A model generated the notes under the pieces. That model was not told where the DNA came from, ran no database searches, and worked only from the letters and a program-made list of their open reading frames with translations. A stretch of DNA of 63,991 nt, filler included, from Octopus bimaculoides (lineage: Eukaryota): assembly GCF_001194135.2 (NCBI RefSeq). It is 10 parts of 9 records of this genome, joined end to end, with 100 filler letters (N's around TTAATTAATTAA, not from the genome) between each part and the next. Parts side by side here need not be neighbours in the genome. Positions count along the whole stretch, not along the records: positions 1 to 7,938 come from NC_068982.1; positions 8,039 to 10,236 come from NW_026381215.1; positions 10,337 to 15,523 come from NC_068997.1; 7 more parts are not named here. One strand, written 5' to 3'. The position numbers and the translations under genes are program-made. Positions 1 through 11,646 of the stretch are shown here, one piece after another (positions within the stretch are counted from its first letter, which is position 1; the number at the start of each line of letters is the position of its first letter).

Positions 1-240
1 GCAGCGTTCGTGTCACAAAGATTTTCATGGCTACAAGACGCCATCGTCTCAAAAAAAAAAAATGGCTAGAAAGCCGAAATTGGTTTTTATATCCTGGAAA
101 TGTGCCACACAGGGCAGATTTCCGTCGCAAAAAACTTGCACCAGAGAGTCTACAAGTTGTTATAACTCCCTCTGTATGTAAATTCCAATTCTGTCATGTG
201 GATGTATTATTTCCTGGCTGAGACTGAACCTTCAGAAATT
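1..240 (+). mobile_element. Highly degenerate mariner transposase fragment (C-terminal DDD region)
   Basis: Frameshifted translation WLQDAIVSKKK/KWLESRNWFLYPGNVPH ... HVDVLFPG resembles mariner RLRDAIRRKRP..W...W.LHHDNAP.H and PCDF.LFP motifs; no TIR visible. Confidence 0.4.
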
Positions 241-269
241 ATGTGGCTATTTGTTTTTTCATCACCTGA

Positions 270-612
270 AGATGTATGGCTTAGCGGTTAAAGCATTGGG
301 CTCACAATCATAAGGTAATATTTTGATTCCTAGACTGGGCTACATGTTGTGTCCATGACCAAGACACTTTATTTCATGTTGCTCCAGTTCACTCAGTTGT
401 AGAAATAAGTTGCGACATCACTGGTGCTAAGCTGTATCAGCATTTGCCTTTCCCTTGGTTAACATCAGTGATGTGGGGAGGGGAGACTGGCATGCATGGG
501 CAACTACTGGTCTTCCATAAACCGCCTTGCTCAGTCTTGTGCCTTGGAGGGGAACTTTCTAGGTGCAATCCCATGGTCATTCATGACCAAAGGGAGCCTT
601 TACCTTTTACCC
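270..612 (+). mobile_element. tRNA-derived CORE-type SINE, family C (old copy)
   Basis: A-box-like TGGCTTAGCGG and core gttgtgtcc...caagacactttatttcatgttgctccagt shared with copies at 42814 and 51975. Confidence 0.7.
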
Positions 613-929
613 TTTTATCATCTCTTCATATTCTGCTGTTACTTATTGTATTTTGCTTTATTATATGAACTTGATAATTTTTGTTGGGAAGGCTTTGGTT
701 CTTTGCCACAATGAAGAATTCTTCAGTCGCTGCTTCATGTCCCATTGTTTTTGATTAGTGCATGCATGGGCAACTGCAAATCTGTTGTATTGAGCAGAAT
801 ATTTGCTGTAGCCCATCTTTTATACCAAGACAAAACAATGTACATAATAACATTTCCAATCAGCTAAGATGAGAAGCAATGAGAGCCAGTACCTGGTACT
901 GCATCAGGGTTATTATTATTATTCCACCC

Positions 930-1056
930 AGGTTAGCTTTGCCTTTCATCCTTTCGGGGTTGATAGAACAAGTACCAGTCAAGCACTGGGATCAATGTAA
1001 TCGACTAACTTCCTCCCTCAAAATTTCAGGCCTTGTTCCTATAATAGAAAGGACTA
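930..1056 (+). mobile_element. SINE family A, 5'-truncated
   Basis: Core ctttgcctttcatcctttcggggttgata..aagtaccag plus tail caaaatttcaggccttg, matching the full copy at 56844-57057. Confidence 0.75.
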
Positions 1057-1490
1057 TTATTATCATTATTATTATAGCAAGTTTATTGAAAGGTGAGTGA
1101 AAGTTGCAAAAATGGCAAGAGTGGACGGTATCTCTCTAAGTGTAGACCTGTAAGTTGGAGAGAAGGAATTGGAAAGGGCACTTACTCCTAGGGTTCCAGG
1201 GAAATCTCGGATAGTAGGGTTCCTCAATTTTCCTAGAGGCCTTCCTGTATCAGAAGGGCCATATCTCTATCATCCTCCCCATCATTTTTTTTTTACCTTT
1301 GTACGTTATGCATATGTCCCTTCTTTTTCAGTGTATACCATGTATACTTACTTTTTTTTTGTCATTTCGTTATATGTAAACCCCCCACACTTTCTGTCTG
1401 TCTCTATATTGTCCCCCTCATTCTTCACCCTTGTGGCAAATACATGAAATCATTATTATTATTTTTTTTATTGTTACTATTATCATTACT

Positions 1491-1910
1491 GAGGTGGTGA
1501 GCTGGCAGAATCATTTGCATACCCAAGCAAAATGCTCACCAGCATTTTGTCCATCTTTACATTCTGAGTTCAAATTCTGCCATGGTTGACTTTGCCTTTC
1601 ATTCTTTTAGGGTCGATAAAAATAAAGTTCCAGTCGAGTTCTGGGGTCAATGTTATCAACTTCCTCACTCCCTAAAATTGCTGCCAAAATCTGAAACCAT
1701 TCAAGCTGGCAGAATTGTTAGCACACTGGACAAAATGATTAGCGGCATTTCATCTGTCTTTTCTTTCTGAGTTCAAATTCTGCCTAGGTCAACTTTACCT
1801 TTCATTCCTTCATGGTTAATAAAATAAGTATCAGTTGAACACTGAGATCGATGTAATTGACTTACCCCCACCCTTGAAATTGCTGGCCTTGTGCCGATAT
1901 TTGAAATCAT
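1491..1910 (+). mobile_element. Two tandem SINE family A copies (about 1491-1702 and 1705-1910)
   Basis: Each starts agctggcagaa and has B-box gagttcaaattc and the ctttgcctttcat core. Confidence 0.8.
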
Positions 1911-1944
1911 CATTATCATCATCATCATCATCATTAATATTGTT

Positions 1945-2136
1945 CATATACATACAACAGGTTAGACTGTTGGAAAAGAAAATTTCCTAACACTGGGCTA
2001 CAACAAGTAACCTTGGATGTCAAGAACCCTCCTAAGTATCCTAGCTGTCCCTAATAACAGTTTTCTGGAGTTGTACTAAACTGGGTTTTATGCCTATTTT
2101 CTCTATCCATCTGTTCAAATCTTTAGGAATAGTTCC
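1945..2136 (-). mobile_element. R4/Dong-like non-LTR retrotransposon 3' end (RLE C-terminus), copy 1
   Basis: Minus translation GTIPKDLNRWIEKIGIKPSLVQLQKTV/LGTARILRRVLDI (one frameshift); 5' junction lies directly on the (TAA)n array 2137-2195. Confidence 0.8.

Positions 2137-2195
<59 letters not shown>
2137..2195. repeat. (TTA)n/(TAA)n microsatellite between two Dong-like copies
   Basis: Pure TAT/ATT run. Confidence 0.95.
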
Positions 2196-2365
2196 GGATT
2201 GCTAGATATCAAGCTTAGGTATCTAGCACCTTATAGCTCTTACAGTGAGAGCCAAGCAAACATATTTTCTATAGAATCTGGAAATTCCTATTGATATCCA
2301 GCATTTGCAACCAACCATTCCAATTTCTTGCAACTATTCCTCAGGCTCTTATTTCACTGGGGATA
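2196..2365 (-). mobile_element. R4/Dong-like 3' end, copy 2 (older)
   Basis: Minus translation IPSEIRA*GIVARNWNGWLQMLDINRNFQIL*KICLLGSHCKSYKVLDT*, a short UTR, then (TAA)n. Confidence 0.65.
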
Positions 2366-2736
2366 AATGATCTTTCCTTTTTTTTCATTTTCTGCCTTTG
2401 TAGCAATATTCTCAGTGAAATACATCTTCCTCTACCCTTCTGTTATATGTAACATCAGTATCCTCTTATTTCTGAGTGTAGGGAAGAAACACTTAACATT
2501 GCAATGGGAAATGTCAGCATGAGAAACTGGTAATCACTCAATGTCATAATCTGAGCATAGTCAAGCCTTTGACAACTAAACCAACAACTCCACTCAGCAT
2601 TCTTACTGAGGAGGGTGCTTTTTGTGTTTGTGTTTTTTCTTCTTCTTTTTTTTGGCCACCATGCAGAATGTAAAAAAAAAACCTGTCAAAAGGTGAATGA
2701 ACTCAAGAGGGTCAACAGCCATCTATATAGCATCTA

Positions 2737-2888
<152 letters not shown>

Positions 2889-2889
2889 A

Positions 2890-3112
2890 GCACTACTGGG
2901 TACTGCACACATAAGCACTACTGGGTACTGCACACATTGCACTACTGGGTACTGCACACATTGCACTACTGGGTACTGCACACATTCTACGCAAAACACT
3001 TTCAATACAGTAAACATAAGAGCACCACAGCAAACAACAGCACATACCCAAGGCGCACAGAGCTGCGCTCGGTAGTGAGTGAAAGTGCGTTATAAAAATA
3101 AAACTACTGAAC
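2890..3112 (+). mobile_element. R4/Dong-like 3' end, copy 3, with a 24-bp unit repeated four times at the 5' junction
   Basis: GCACTACTGGGTACTGCACACATT x4; the last unit continues as ALLGTAHILRKTLSIQ*; about 100-bp UTR; (TAA)n on both sides. Confidence 0.85.
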
Positions 3113-3146
<34 letters not shown>

Positions 3147-3499
3147 TGAATTCTAAATAACTAACACTTGTAAAGTTATCACTATTTCAAACATTTATTA
3201 TAAATATATATTTCATTAGATATCAATAAAGCTATTGCAAATATGTATAATTTCTTTGTTAATCGAATATTTTACTACCAATAGTATCATTACTTGTTTC
3301 TTTCTTTACTATAATGATGTAATAATAACTAAATATAACACACCTACTATCCATTGAAATAGTACTGATGTCAGTAAGATATATTTCTCTAAATTTAGAT
3401 ATTTACTTTGTCAATTCATTTGCTTTAAACTACCAACATAGTTTGTTTTGCATATCTTCCTTTGACATCTTAATATATTCTTTCCAAGGCAATATATTA

Positions 3500-3865
3500 A
3501 TCAATGTTACCATGGTATATAACGATTAGTGTTACAATCACTATATATGAATACAACCTTGCTAATTAATACAACTATGGTTTATATTTTATTTAATGTT
3601 GCATGATTTATACATAACTAAATACTGTCATGATAATATATTATTGTACCATGGTTAATCTATAACTAAGGTAATATATTACCTATGGTTATCTGCAAAA
3701 TATATTGCCATTACCATGCTTAAATACATTACTTTCCTCACTATAATAATATGTTACTACTACCAATATATTATGTTACCTTGGTGATATATTTACTTAT
3801 CATTATCACAGTAGCATATCACTACTACCATAGTAATATATTTTATCATTACCATGGTTATATAC
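3500..3865. repeat. Degenerate AT-rich array with recurring ttaccatggtta-like motif
   Basis: Motif variants near 3508, 3646, 3680, 3712, 3776, 3826 and 3849. Confidence 0.45.
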
Positions 3866-4327
3866 AATTTAATAACTCTTCCTACTGATTATATATCATC
3901 TTTTATATTTCATCTCATTTCTGATAAAACTATTTGCTTTTGTTTTGTTTCCTAATCAATTTAAAAAAATTTTTCCAAGCAAAAATTTTTATTTCAAATT
4001 CCTTATTACCTTTTCCAAGACTATTCTTATTTATTGCATACTATTTCTAAATTTTATCTGAAAAAGGGGATTTTTTGATAATTAAAAGTAAATCCTTTCA
4101 TTACAACTAGCAATTGTCTCTTTAGCATAAATTACATTTTGGAAAGAAAACAAAGCAAAATTCAGAAAACAAAAGAATAAAAACAATAGAAAAAAAGAAA
4201 ATGATTTAAAATTAACTTCTAACAATCAACATAAAACAATCAACTAATGATTCTTACTTTCAGATTCTCTTCTACCTCTGCCATCCATCTCATCAAATAT
4301 ATTCTTGATTACACCTCAAGTATCCAT

Positions 4328-4341
4328 TCTCTCTCTCTCTC

Positions 4342-4401
<60 letters not shown>
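4328..4401. repeat. (CT)n microsatellite
   Basis: Directly visible. Confidence 0.95.
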
Positions 4402-4405
<4 letters not shown>

Positions 4406-5254
4406 TCATTTGGAATATCAAAAATAAAACACTCCAATGTTATTTATTTAAAAAAAGAACAATAAATTTGGTTAATCAAAACTTACATATTCTATTTGAA
4501 AACACAGCTTTTTTCTTCTTCCTTTTCTTCTTCTTCTTCCTTTTCTTCTTCTTCTCCTTCTTCTTCTTCTTCCTCTTCTCCTCCTCCAAGTATGTGTTCC
4601 TACCTGTACCCTAGTTAGATGAACTACCCTCAATGTTGTGCGTAAAATGGTTTCAACTATCTACCCAAGCTTGCAAATTAACCAGCAGCGTTTGCTTGTA
4701 AGACTATTTCTGCTGTCCACTCTGCATGTATCTACTGTTTTGTATGGATGTAGGAAATCAATATACCTGCCAAATATACTTTAAAAAGAAGGAAACAAAA
4801 GCACCTATGACAAATGTCTGTTATTGTTTTTCAAATTGAGAGCATCAAATGTCTGTTGTTGTTTTTCAAATTGAGAGCATCTTTCAGACTTGGAGGGGTA
4901 TATATCTATTTATTTCTTAAACTAAACATTTCACTTTAAAATTCTTTAGTTCTTCAAGAATTTTTAATGAAAGAGAAAACATCTTTGTTATCTTAATTGT
5001 GTTTCATATGGCAAAAATTAGAGGTAAGTTCTTGATAATATGGTATTTCTTGCATTGGACCGTTTCAATGAATGATAACCTCATTGGGAAACACACAAAC
5101 ATCATAACTTTGCATTTCCTTTTTTCGTATAGAGACTTGCTAGTCAAGATAATATATTACTGTCATCACAGTAACTATTCTTATCATCATCGTTATGTTT
5201 ATTGGTAGAATTTTTAGAGCCTTAGAATAGAGCTTGCAGTATTTCTTATGATTA

Positions 5255-5405
5255 TGTTCAGAGTTCAAAATCTCTCAAAGGTCAGCTTTTCTTTACATCA
5301 TTTCAAGGTCAACAAAATAAAGTATCAGTCAAGTACGCAGGTCAATGATATCAACTCAACTCAACCCTTCCATCAAAATTGCTAACCTTGTGTCTAAATT
5401 AGACG
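5255..5405 (+). mobile_element. SINE family A, degenerate
   Basis: gagttcaaaa B-box remnant, decayed core and aaaattgctaaccttgtg tail. Confidence 0.55.
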
Positions 5406-5428
5406 CATCATCCTCGTCATCATCATCA

Positions 5429-5465
<37 letters not shown>

Positions 5466-5511
5466 CATTATTATCATCATCATCATTATAATTATTAATA
5501 TTATTATTATT

Positions 5512-5644
5512 GAGTGAGAGAGCAGTGCATGCCCTCAAAGTGACACTGAGGTACAAATATACAAAACTCAATCATGACTACCCATCTGATAATGGTGCAC
5601 TACATACATGCATCACAACCATATGTGCGTGATATGGTGAGCTC
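5512..5644 (-). mobile_element. Candidate retroposon 3' UTR fragment embedded in (TAA)n
   Basis: 133 bp of higher-GC unique sequence with (TAA)n on both sides in the same polarity as the Dong-like copies; no coding motif. Confidence 0.4.
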
Positions 5645-5651
5645 ATTATTA

Positions 5652-5712
<61 letters not shown>

Positions 5713-7426
5713 CATTAATATTATTATTTAGATTTAGTCTCTTATAGTTTGATTTCTAATCTATCTCTCTCACATTTACTTCACCTTTCATTCCTTTGGA
5801 ATTAATTAAATAGGTCCTAGTTGTATTATTGAATTAAATAACATTGATATTGCCTCTTCCTATCCAAAATATGCGGATTTTTAAAATTTTAGAAATTATC
5901 TTTACATAGAAAAAATAAGAGAAATTATATTAATGAGAACATGACTATGTTTTTGTACTTTCTCATTAGATTCCAATAGCCTAATTTGGTATGGGTTGGG
6001 GGAGATACGAAGACTACATACTTCTGAATCAGTAATGAGCTTCTCACCTACATCTTTTAATTAGTTTATCAGTAAGTGTGCAACAGTTTTGATGCCAATC
6101 AGTAAAATTGACAACTTAGAAGAGAGATATATGTTATGATCCTATTCTTTTTGTCAATTTGTAGTAATGATGGCCTTGAGATAAAACAAGCTGTGCAGAT
6201 CTAGCCATGTACTGAATAAAAGTAATGTATAACTCATCAGCAGTATTTAGCCACTGATAAACAATATTAAATTGCTATTATTGTCGTTATTATTATCTAA
6301 CCATAAGTAAGATGTGATCCAGCAAACTTATCATCAAAAGCATTTTAGCTATGCTATTCCATCTTTCCATCTTTATTTTGGACATTGTGTATCTAGATTT
6401 ACATCATCCAATGAATCCTTTCCTTTTTCAAGATGGAAGGTTATTATTTAAGAAACCTTTGGCTCCTGTTTTTAGCAGATTTAGCTTGTACTGGAACATT
6501 TAACAGTAATAAGATCATCTTCTTTTTCTGTATGCTTTCATTGTAAAAGGATGAGAAAGTCCATATTTCAGGTCTTTGATGTATTCAAAGATAACTGTAA
6601 TGATAATTTTTTTGGCCATGTATTAGTACAGTTTAGTACAGTTACTATGAGATTATTTTACTTTTAAAAGCTGCACTTTCCTTATCCAAACCAACAAAGT
6701 AGCTGTTCAAGCTACAACAATTGGCAGCTAAATCTTCCTCGAATTACACAAGGAACGATATATTGGATAATGTAGTTCTGAATATGCAAAAAGAGAAGCT
6801 AATCATGGGAGGACTACCTTTCATCATAAGCCTCTCCAATTAACTTGGGGGTTAAACAACAACAACAATATTTTTCAAACAAACAATTGATAATCTTCTA
6901 TTTGTGACTCTCTGGCCAAGACATGACCGTTCAGCCATTCACTGATGTATCTATCATGATTTATTGGTAGAAGTTTGAATCTTTTTCTTCATCAGTAGTT
7001 TAATGAAATTAGTTTCAGTTTGTTTTTTTTTTAGATCTAGGGCTGCCTAATCAGCAGACAGAGTTATTCATCCAATCATTGTTTTTAAAGGGTAGTGTAT
7101 CAAGGGATGTTTGAATGAATTTAAGTTTGGATTCATAATTCATTTTTTCATCTTATAACTGCAGATTCAGTTTCTGAGTGGTATATACCTTGGATGATCA
7201 GTATCTTTCCTGCTTGTAATCAGTCTATATACCATCATTTCTAAGGCATTCTATGATCTCAAATATGTGGACCAGGACTGGGATGGAAGATCTTTAATCT
7301 GGTGAACTGAATTCACTTTTGTTCATAAATCTTCTGTAATACTAAGTTTTAAAATTAACTTTCATGAGTTAATGTTAGACATTTGCATTCTCAACCCTTT
7401 AATATACAGTATATGTACATACAGAA

Positions 7427-7473
<47 letters not shown>

Positions 7474-7895
7474 CGCACACACACATGCACATATGTGTGC
7501 ACACATATATATATACAGAGAGACAAGGAGCAAATCAATAATAGAATGCAAAATAAAAAACAACAAAAAAGGATCGCAAAGCAAATAAAGCTATAAATAA
7601 TAGTGCATACATATTGGTTAAAAATCATTTTGGATAGAAAAACTCTAGCAGGCTAAAACTTCAAAGTTACTGTCGACATTATTCTTGTAATGTCGTGTGT
7701 GTATATCTGTGTGTGTGTGCATGTGTCTGAATAAATTATTATAAACAGCCATGTGGAATGTGATGCCATAGGGGAAAAATATAATTGTCACTAAACATGA
7801 CTAAAGATGACAAGACAACTATATTGCTAGAAATAAGAGTTAAAATGCTCTAAGGCTGAAAGAAAAGCACATAAATGTGTGTGTGTGTGTGTGTG

Positions 7896-7938
<43 letters not shown>

Positions 7939-7982
7939 NNNNNNNNNNNNNNNNNNNNNNNNNNNNNNNNNNNNNNNNNNNN

Positions 7983-7994
7983 TTAATTAATTAA
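7983..7994. other. Assembly gap linker TTAATTAATTAA between N runs (also near 10281, 15568, 19660, 50977, 54405, 56393, 60571, 62905)
   Basis: Identical 12-mer always enclosed by N runs of similar length. Confidence 0.9.
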
Positions 7995-9536
7995 NNNNNN
8001 NNNNNNNNNNNNNNNNNNNNNNNNNNNNNNNNNNNNNNTATATATATATATATATATACATGTGTGTGTGCGTGTGTGTGTGTATGCGTGTGTGCGTGTT
8101 TATGCATGCATGTATGCTACATAGATGTTTATATGTAAATGCATATAAGCATTTAGGTATATATTAAATTATATATATATGCAAATACGTATATGTATGC
8201 ATATATGTATGTAAGGACCTGTGTATATACATACGTGTCTATGTACGTACTATGTATGTAGGCATGTATTGATGTGTGTGTATATATATATATATATATG
8301 TAGGTATGTGTATATATATATGTATGTATATATGTATGTCGATGTATATATATATATATATATATACACATATATATGTATGTATATATGTATGTCGATG
8401 TATATATNNNNNNNNNNNNNNNNNNNNNNNNNNNNNNNNNNNNNNNNNNNNNNNNNNNNNNNNNNNNNNNNNNNNNNNNNNNNNNNNNNNNNNNNNNNNN
8501 NNNNNNNNNNNNNNNNNNNNNNNNNNNNNNNNNNNNNNNNNNNNNNNNNNNNNNNNNNNNNNNNNNNNNNNNNNNNNNNNNNNNNNNNNNNNNNNNNNNN
8601 NNNNNNNNNNNNNNNNNNNNNNNNNNNNNNNNNNNNNNNNNNNNNNNNNNNNNNNNNNNNNNNNNNNNNNNNNNNNNNNNNNNNNNNNNNNNNNNNNNNN
8701 NNNNNNNNNNNNNNNNNNNNNNNNNNNNNNNNNNNNNNNNNNNNNNNNNNNNNNNNNNNNNNNNNNNNNNNNNNNNNNNNNNNNNNNNNNNNNNNNNNNN
8801 NNNNNNNNNNNNNNNNNNNNNNNNNNNNNNNNNNNNNNNNNNNNNNNNNNNNNNNNNNNNNNNNNNNNNNNNNNNNNNNNNNNNNNNNNNNNNNNNNNNN
8901 NNNNNNNNNNNNNNNNNNNNNNNNNNNNNNNNNNNNNNNNNNNNNNNNNNNNNNNNNNNNNNNNNNNNNNNNNNNNNNNNNNNNNNNNNNNNNNNNNNNN
9001 NNNNNNNNNNNNNNNNNNNNNNNNNNNNNNNNNNNNNNNNNNNNNNNNNNNNNNNNNNNNNNNNNNNNNNNNNNNNNNNNNNNNNNNNNNNNNNNNNNNN
9101 NNNNNNNNNNNNNNNNNNNNNNNNNNNNNNNNNNNNNNNNNNNNNNNNNNNNNNNNNNNNNNNNNNNNNNNNNNNNNNNNNNNNNNNNNNNNNNNNNNNN
9201 NNNNNNNNNNNNNNNNNNNNNNNNNNNNNNNNNNNNNNNNNNNNNNNNNNNNNNNNNNNNNNNNNNNNNNNNNNNNNNNNNNNNNNNNNNNNNNNNNNNN
9301 NNNNNNNNNNNNNNNNNNNNNNNNNNNNNNNNNNNNNNNNNNNNNNNTATATATATATATATTGTGGTTTGTGATCTGCTCGTTTTTTTTGTTTTTTGTT
9401 TTTACATACTTGCCCACCCATACATAACTACGTGTATACTCGCATATAACGTCGTAAGTAGGAGAGGTTAAGAAAGTTAGAGGGGGGGGATGAAAGAAAT
9501 TAAAGTAAATATAATATACAATAAAAGGTAGTAGAA

Positions 9537-9594
9537 TACAAGGAAGTATAAGTACAGAGTACAAGGAAGTATAAGTACAGAGTACAAGGAAGTA
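9537..9594. repeat. 23-bp tandem repeat (2.5 copies)
   Basis: TACAAGGAAGTATAAGTACAGAG at 9537 and 9560, partial at 9583. Confidence 0.9.
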
Positions 9595-9651
9595 CAAGAA
9601 GGTTTAATTTTCTGTAACAGGTTTCTGGATATAATAGTTCGTATATATAAA

Positions 9652-9731
9652 AGAAGATATCTTTTTATTATAGCCACACAGGGCTAAATACAGAAAATGG
9701 ACAAATTACAAAGTAGAGCTTTTCTTAAGAA
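9652..9731 (-). mobile_element. Short LINE-like 3' end next to (TATC)n
   Basis: Minus strand gaaaagctctactttgtaatttgtcc...tttagccctgtgtggctataataaaaag is similar to the copies at 45807 and 46718; 5' side abuts (TATC/TGTC)n. Confidence 0.6.
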
Positions 9732-9884
9732 GATAGATAGACAGACAGATAGATCGATAGATTGATAGACAGACAGACAGACAGACAGACATACGGACAT
9801 ACGGACGGACAGCTGGACAGACAGACAGATAGAAGGACGGACAGACACACTGACAGACACATAGATAGATAGATAGACAGACAC

Positions 9885-9938
<54 letters not shown>

Positions 9939-9939
9939 T

Positions 9940-10001
<62 letters not shown>
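9732..10001. repeat. (GATA)n/(GACA)n compound microsatellite
   Basis: Directly visible. Confidence 0.95.
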
Positions 10002-10002
<1 letters not shown>

Positions 10003-10003
<1 letters not shown>

Positions 10004-10194
10004 TGCTTAGTGGTATTTCGTCTGCCGTTACGTACTGAGTTCAAATTCCGCCAAGGTCGACTTTGCCTTTCATCCTTTCAGGGTTGATAAATTAAGTACC
10101 AATTATGCACTGGGGTCGATGTAATCGACTTAATCCCTTTGTCTGTCCTTGTTTGTCCCCTCTGTGTTTAGCCCGCTGTGGGCAATATAGAAAT

Positions 10195-10197
<3 letters not shown>
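10003..10197 (+). mobile_element. SINE family A with alternative tail, inserted in (GATA)n
   Basis: B-box gagttcaaattcc, family A core, tail gtttgtcccctctgtgtttagcccgctgtgggcaatatagaaat; GATA runs on both sides. Confidence 0.85.
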
Positions 10198-10236
<39 letters not shown>

Positions 10237-10417
10237 NNNNNNNNNNNNNNNNNNNNNNNNNNNNNNNNNNNNNNNNNNNNTTAATTAATTAANNNNNNNN
10301 NNNNNNNNNNNNNNNNNNNNNNNNNNNNNNNNNNNNTATTCCCGAGCGTCATACTAATATATACTTTTGTTATTTACACCACCTGTCCTCGTCTGTTGTT
10401 ATTTTTTGTATATTCTC

Positions 10418-10499
<82 letters not shown>

Positions 10500-10896
10500 G
10501 AAGTGAGAATGAGAGTGATAGAAAGATGGATATATAGATAATCTATATATATGCGTTTATCTACCTGACTATGTTATCGATTATGTTTGTGTGTGTATGA
10601 CCAATAATGCATATATATTCCATAAATATGCTCAAACACACACATGCACAGGTGCACGTACACACGCACCGAATGCCTGCCCCTTGAGAATTTCTTTTAG
10701 CAGTTTGTTGGCAGTTACATACACAGATATAGTGCAAGAAATTGTAAGATCATAGAATCATTGGATGCAGCTCAGTTGTCATTTTCGTTTTCGTACATAC
10801 ATGCTTGCATGCGTATTTACATACATACACACATACATACATACATACATACATACATACATACATACATACATACAGGCACACGTACACACACAC

Positions 10897-11527
10897 ACAG
10901 TGGTATCAAACTCCCAACATCATGATTACTGCTCAGAACAATGTTAAGGCCGTAAGACGTGACATGGACAGCAATTGCAGAGACTACGAAACCAGCAGGA
11001 AGGGGACACACAGCAAGCATTCTGACTTCGCCCACACGTCGGAATGCATCCCCACTTCTTTGAGTGGGACCTTAGGCTCAATGCAGACGGTCATGTGAGG
11101 CTGTTGGAGACTGTAGATAAACCGTTGCTGGGGAGGGTTGCTGCTGACGGCCATATGTTTCGTAGCAGGATTCCGCTCTTTGCCATATCTCCGGAAAGAG
11201 TCAGATGTTGCAGAATTTATACGACTTCACCAGCCCCAATTTCTGGCCGCTTAATTTCCTCCAATTGCTATTTATGGTACACAGTTGAGAAAGACACCAG
11301 GTCAAGTTCAAGGTGTTCGAAGATCTTCTCAGGACCATAGTGAGGAACACATGCACCAGGCTCCGGTTAGACTGTGATGGAAGTTGTGAGCGGCTACTTT
11401 GATTAAACTCCAAGCCTTAATCTAGTTGATATCTTTTAAAGTTTTTAAAAATACTTTTATTTTTTGATGGAATATTGTGTTCCCTTTTTCTTTTATGTAT
11501 ATTGTCAAATTTAGTCCGAATACCCTG
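10897..11527 (+). mobile_element. Tc1/mariner DD37D (maT)-like remnant
   Basis: HPHFFEWDLRLNADGHVRLLETVDKPLL, QDSALCHISGKSQ..NLYDFTSPNFWP and GYFD* in broken frames; right end gaataccctg followed by TA (11528-29); left TIR unclear. Confidence 0.7.
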
Positions 11528-11646
11528 TATAGACATACATACATACATACGCTTACACCCTCACACACACACACATGCGTGCACATATACATGCTGACAC
11601 AATTATTTTCATAATAATGAATACGTGTAGGGAGACGAAAAATATA

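Noticed and set aside
2890-2986. CRISPR-like reading of the 24-bp repeat
   Set aside because: Units are contiguous with no spacers, encode a retrotransposon peptide, and no cas genes are present.
3050-3146. L2-type 3' tail (gcgca-loop-tgcgc, gaaagtgcgttataaaaataaa, (AAT)n)
   Set aside because: The upstream frame ALLGTAHILRKTLSIQ* assigns it to the R4/Dong-like element instead.
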